DNA of 63,969 nt, filler included, from Chrysochromulina tobinii (lineage: Eukaryota): assembly GCA_001275005.1 (NCBI GenBank). It is 8 parts of 8 records of this genome, joined end to end, with 100 filler letters (N's around TTAATTAATTAA, not from the genome) between each part and the next. Parts side by side here need not be neighbours in the genome. Positions count along the whole stretch, not along the records: positions 62,122 to 63,969 come from JWZX01000462.1; 7 more parts are not named here. One strand, 5' to 3'. A model generated the notes under the pieces. The model worked only from the letters and a program-made list of their open reading frames with translations. It was not told the origin of the DNA and ran no database searches. Both the position numbers and the translations under genes were made by a program. Positions within the stretch are counted from its first letter, which is position 1. Each line of letters begins with the position of its first letter. This document shows, one piece after another, positions 62,122 to 63,969 of this stretch.

Positions 62122-63969
62122 ACGCCTGCCCAGTCCCGCTTCCAGGACTACCTCAACGTGCGCAACTGGCGCTCGGGCGAGTTGAACCCTGCCACCGGCG
62201 CTCTGGCGAAGTCTGACGATGTCAATGTTAAGGGCACGGAGGTCACCTACAACCTCAACGACGGCCCCGAGTCCCTCGTCTTCGTCTCGGCCGCCGACTC
62301 GCCTCTCGGCCGTGAGATGCTCCTGGCGGCCACGCCGCTCGCGGGCCGCCTCACGGCGTACATCATCGAGCGCGGACTGCTGCGCGGCAACGACGGCTCG
62401 TGCCCGAACACGGCGTCGTGCCCGTACCTGTCCACCACGGTCGGCGGCACTGGCCTCTACCGCAACGCGGCCGGCAAGTCCACGATCGACCCGTGCGGCA
62501 TCTGCATCGGCGCTGCATGCGCGCGCGTCGGCTGCGCCGCCCCGCCGGCCCCGCCGTCATCACCGCCACCACCGCCGCCGCCTTCACCACCGCGTGGTGT
62601 GGCATCGCCACCGCCTCCTCCTTCGCCTCTCCCCTCGCCGCCTTCTCTGCCGCCGGCGCCGCCCGTCTACCGGCTCACATGGGTCGGCGACTACCAGACC
62701 GGAGCCTGGGACACGGATGCGGCCGAGAACATCGCCTTCGATCCCGTGCGTGCGCGTGCATTCATCGCGTCCGCCGAGAGTGGCACCGTTCAGGTTGTCA
62801 GTGTGGCCAATCCGACGGACATGACTGGTGCGCGGGCGCCGTTGACGGGAACAGATTCGCACGCGAGCGCGCGCACGCGCCTCTGCACAGAGCACACACG
62901 CACCCGAGAACCTCGGACCCCTGACCCTCAACGCTGACAGCCCCACGCGTTCTTTTGTCCCGTGTCTCGCAGAGATTGGCACGCTGAACGTCGGCGCCAA
63001 CCTCAACACGTACTGCCAGGTGACGACCTGCATCTACCAGAACATGGACTATGGCGGCTGGGCCAGCCCGTGCGGCTACGCACCCATGCTCCGCATCACC
63101 ATGAACGGCGCCGTCGTCACCTCCGCGGGGGTCCAGACGTCGCTCCTCCCCTTGACACTTGCTCTCACCACTCGTGCGAACGGCCTGACGTTCTCCGCTG
63201 TTCTGAGCAACCCGTACTACGCCGCACCCTTCACCATGCCCGGGATTGTCACCGACGGCGGCTCGGCGTACTCGTACCAAGTCGACAACACCCTCGACTC
63301 GCCCGCCAAATGCCAGGCGCTCTGCCGCAACTTGTTTGGCTGCGCCTACTTTTCGTACGAGTTCGAGTACCAGCCGGCCATGAAGGGCTGGGTGTACGAG
63401 TGCTTCCAAAAGTCCGAATACATCGCGTCGCAGATCCCCGCCGGGTTTACGCTCGAGAGCTGCCACCACTACACCATGTGGGAGAGCGGGCCCGAGTGGG
63501 ACATGCACTTCGCAGACCAGTACTGGGTGGGCGCTGGCGGCCCCGCCAACTGCGGCACCTTCCGCGCGGACTCGGTGCAGTCGGTGGCCGTCGTCAACGT
63601 GCCGGGCTTCGCGAATGCGATCGTCGTCGCCGCGTCGCCCTCGGAGTACCACTTCGCCCCGGGCGCCCTGTCCTTTTACAATGCGGAGACCTTCACCTAC
63701 ATGGGCTGCGCGGCCACGGGCGTCAAGCCCGAGGGCATCGCCAGCTTGGGCTCCTCGGTCGCCTGCATCGACGAGGGCTCTCACGAGATCGAGCTGTGCG
63801 GCCCTGGCCAGATCGCGCAGGGCCGGTGCACGTCCGCCTACCTGGACAAGCCCCTCCTGAGCTTCAACCGGCACATGGCGCTCGACCAGCGGGGCTCGAT
63901 GACCATGTGCCAGCTGACCCCGGCGGGCGGCTCGGTCGCCATCGGCTGCACGGTGTACCAAGTCAACTC
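62122..63969 (+). CDS. Partial multidomain protein with tandem choice-of-anchor-I/alkaline-phosphatase-like beta-propellers, Pro linker and PAN/apple insert; intron 62828-62972
   Basis: GPESLVFVSAADSP.G..LL (C-terminal motif); AAENIAFDP...AFIASA; GVKPEGIA...DEG; CQALC....C.YFSY....C; GT-AG intron restores the frame. Confidence 0.65.

Noticed and set aside
1..63969. rRNA, tRNA or giant-virus/virophage hallmark genes
   Set aside because: None recognised by eye; tRNAscan-SE, Infernal and viral-marker HMM searches would be needed to exclude them formally

Overview
Eukaryotic, GC-rich algal DNA, probably a haptophyte (Chrysochromulina/Prymnesiales-like; inferred from gene style, repeat-filled spliceosomal introns and TTAGGG repeats). 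It is not one locus. Eight contigs (1-10943, 11044-22523, 22624-30531, 30632-38715, 38816-50870, 50971-59634, 59735-62021, 62122-63969) are joined by artificial 100-nt N/TTAATTAATTAA spacers. About 25 protein genes are recognisable, including PARP, JmjC, RlmN-like, DOT1-like, BolA, aldo-keto reductase, an Agenet/Tudor protein and an NT-C2 protein. Three signals stand out. (1) Two families of repetitive introner-like introns. Several members start with a 15-21 nt copy of the following exon and end in a shared branch-point/acceptor cassette, and one contains a fused copy of both flanking exons. (2) A single-ORF (3042 aa) DIRS-type tyrosine-recombinase retrotransposon whose RT domain appears split by a ~400 aa insert resembling a degenerate DUF4326 plus a dead C5-cytosine methyltransferase. 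(3) An NLR with HET-like/NACHT/WD40 architecture carrying integrated RRM-like and WW domains. All domain calls were made by eye from motifs; no searches were run.
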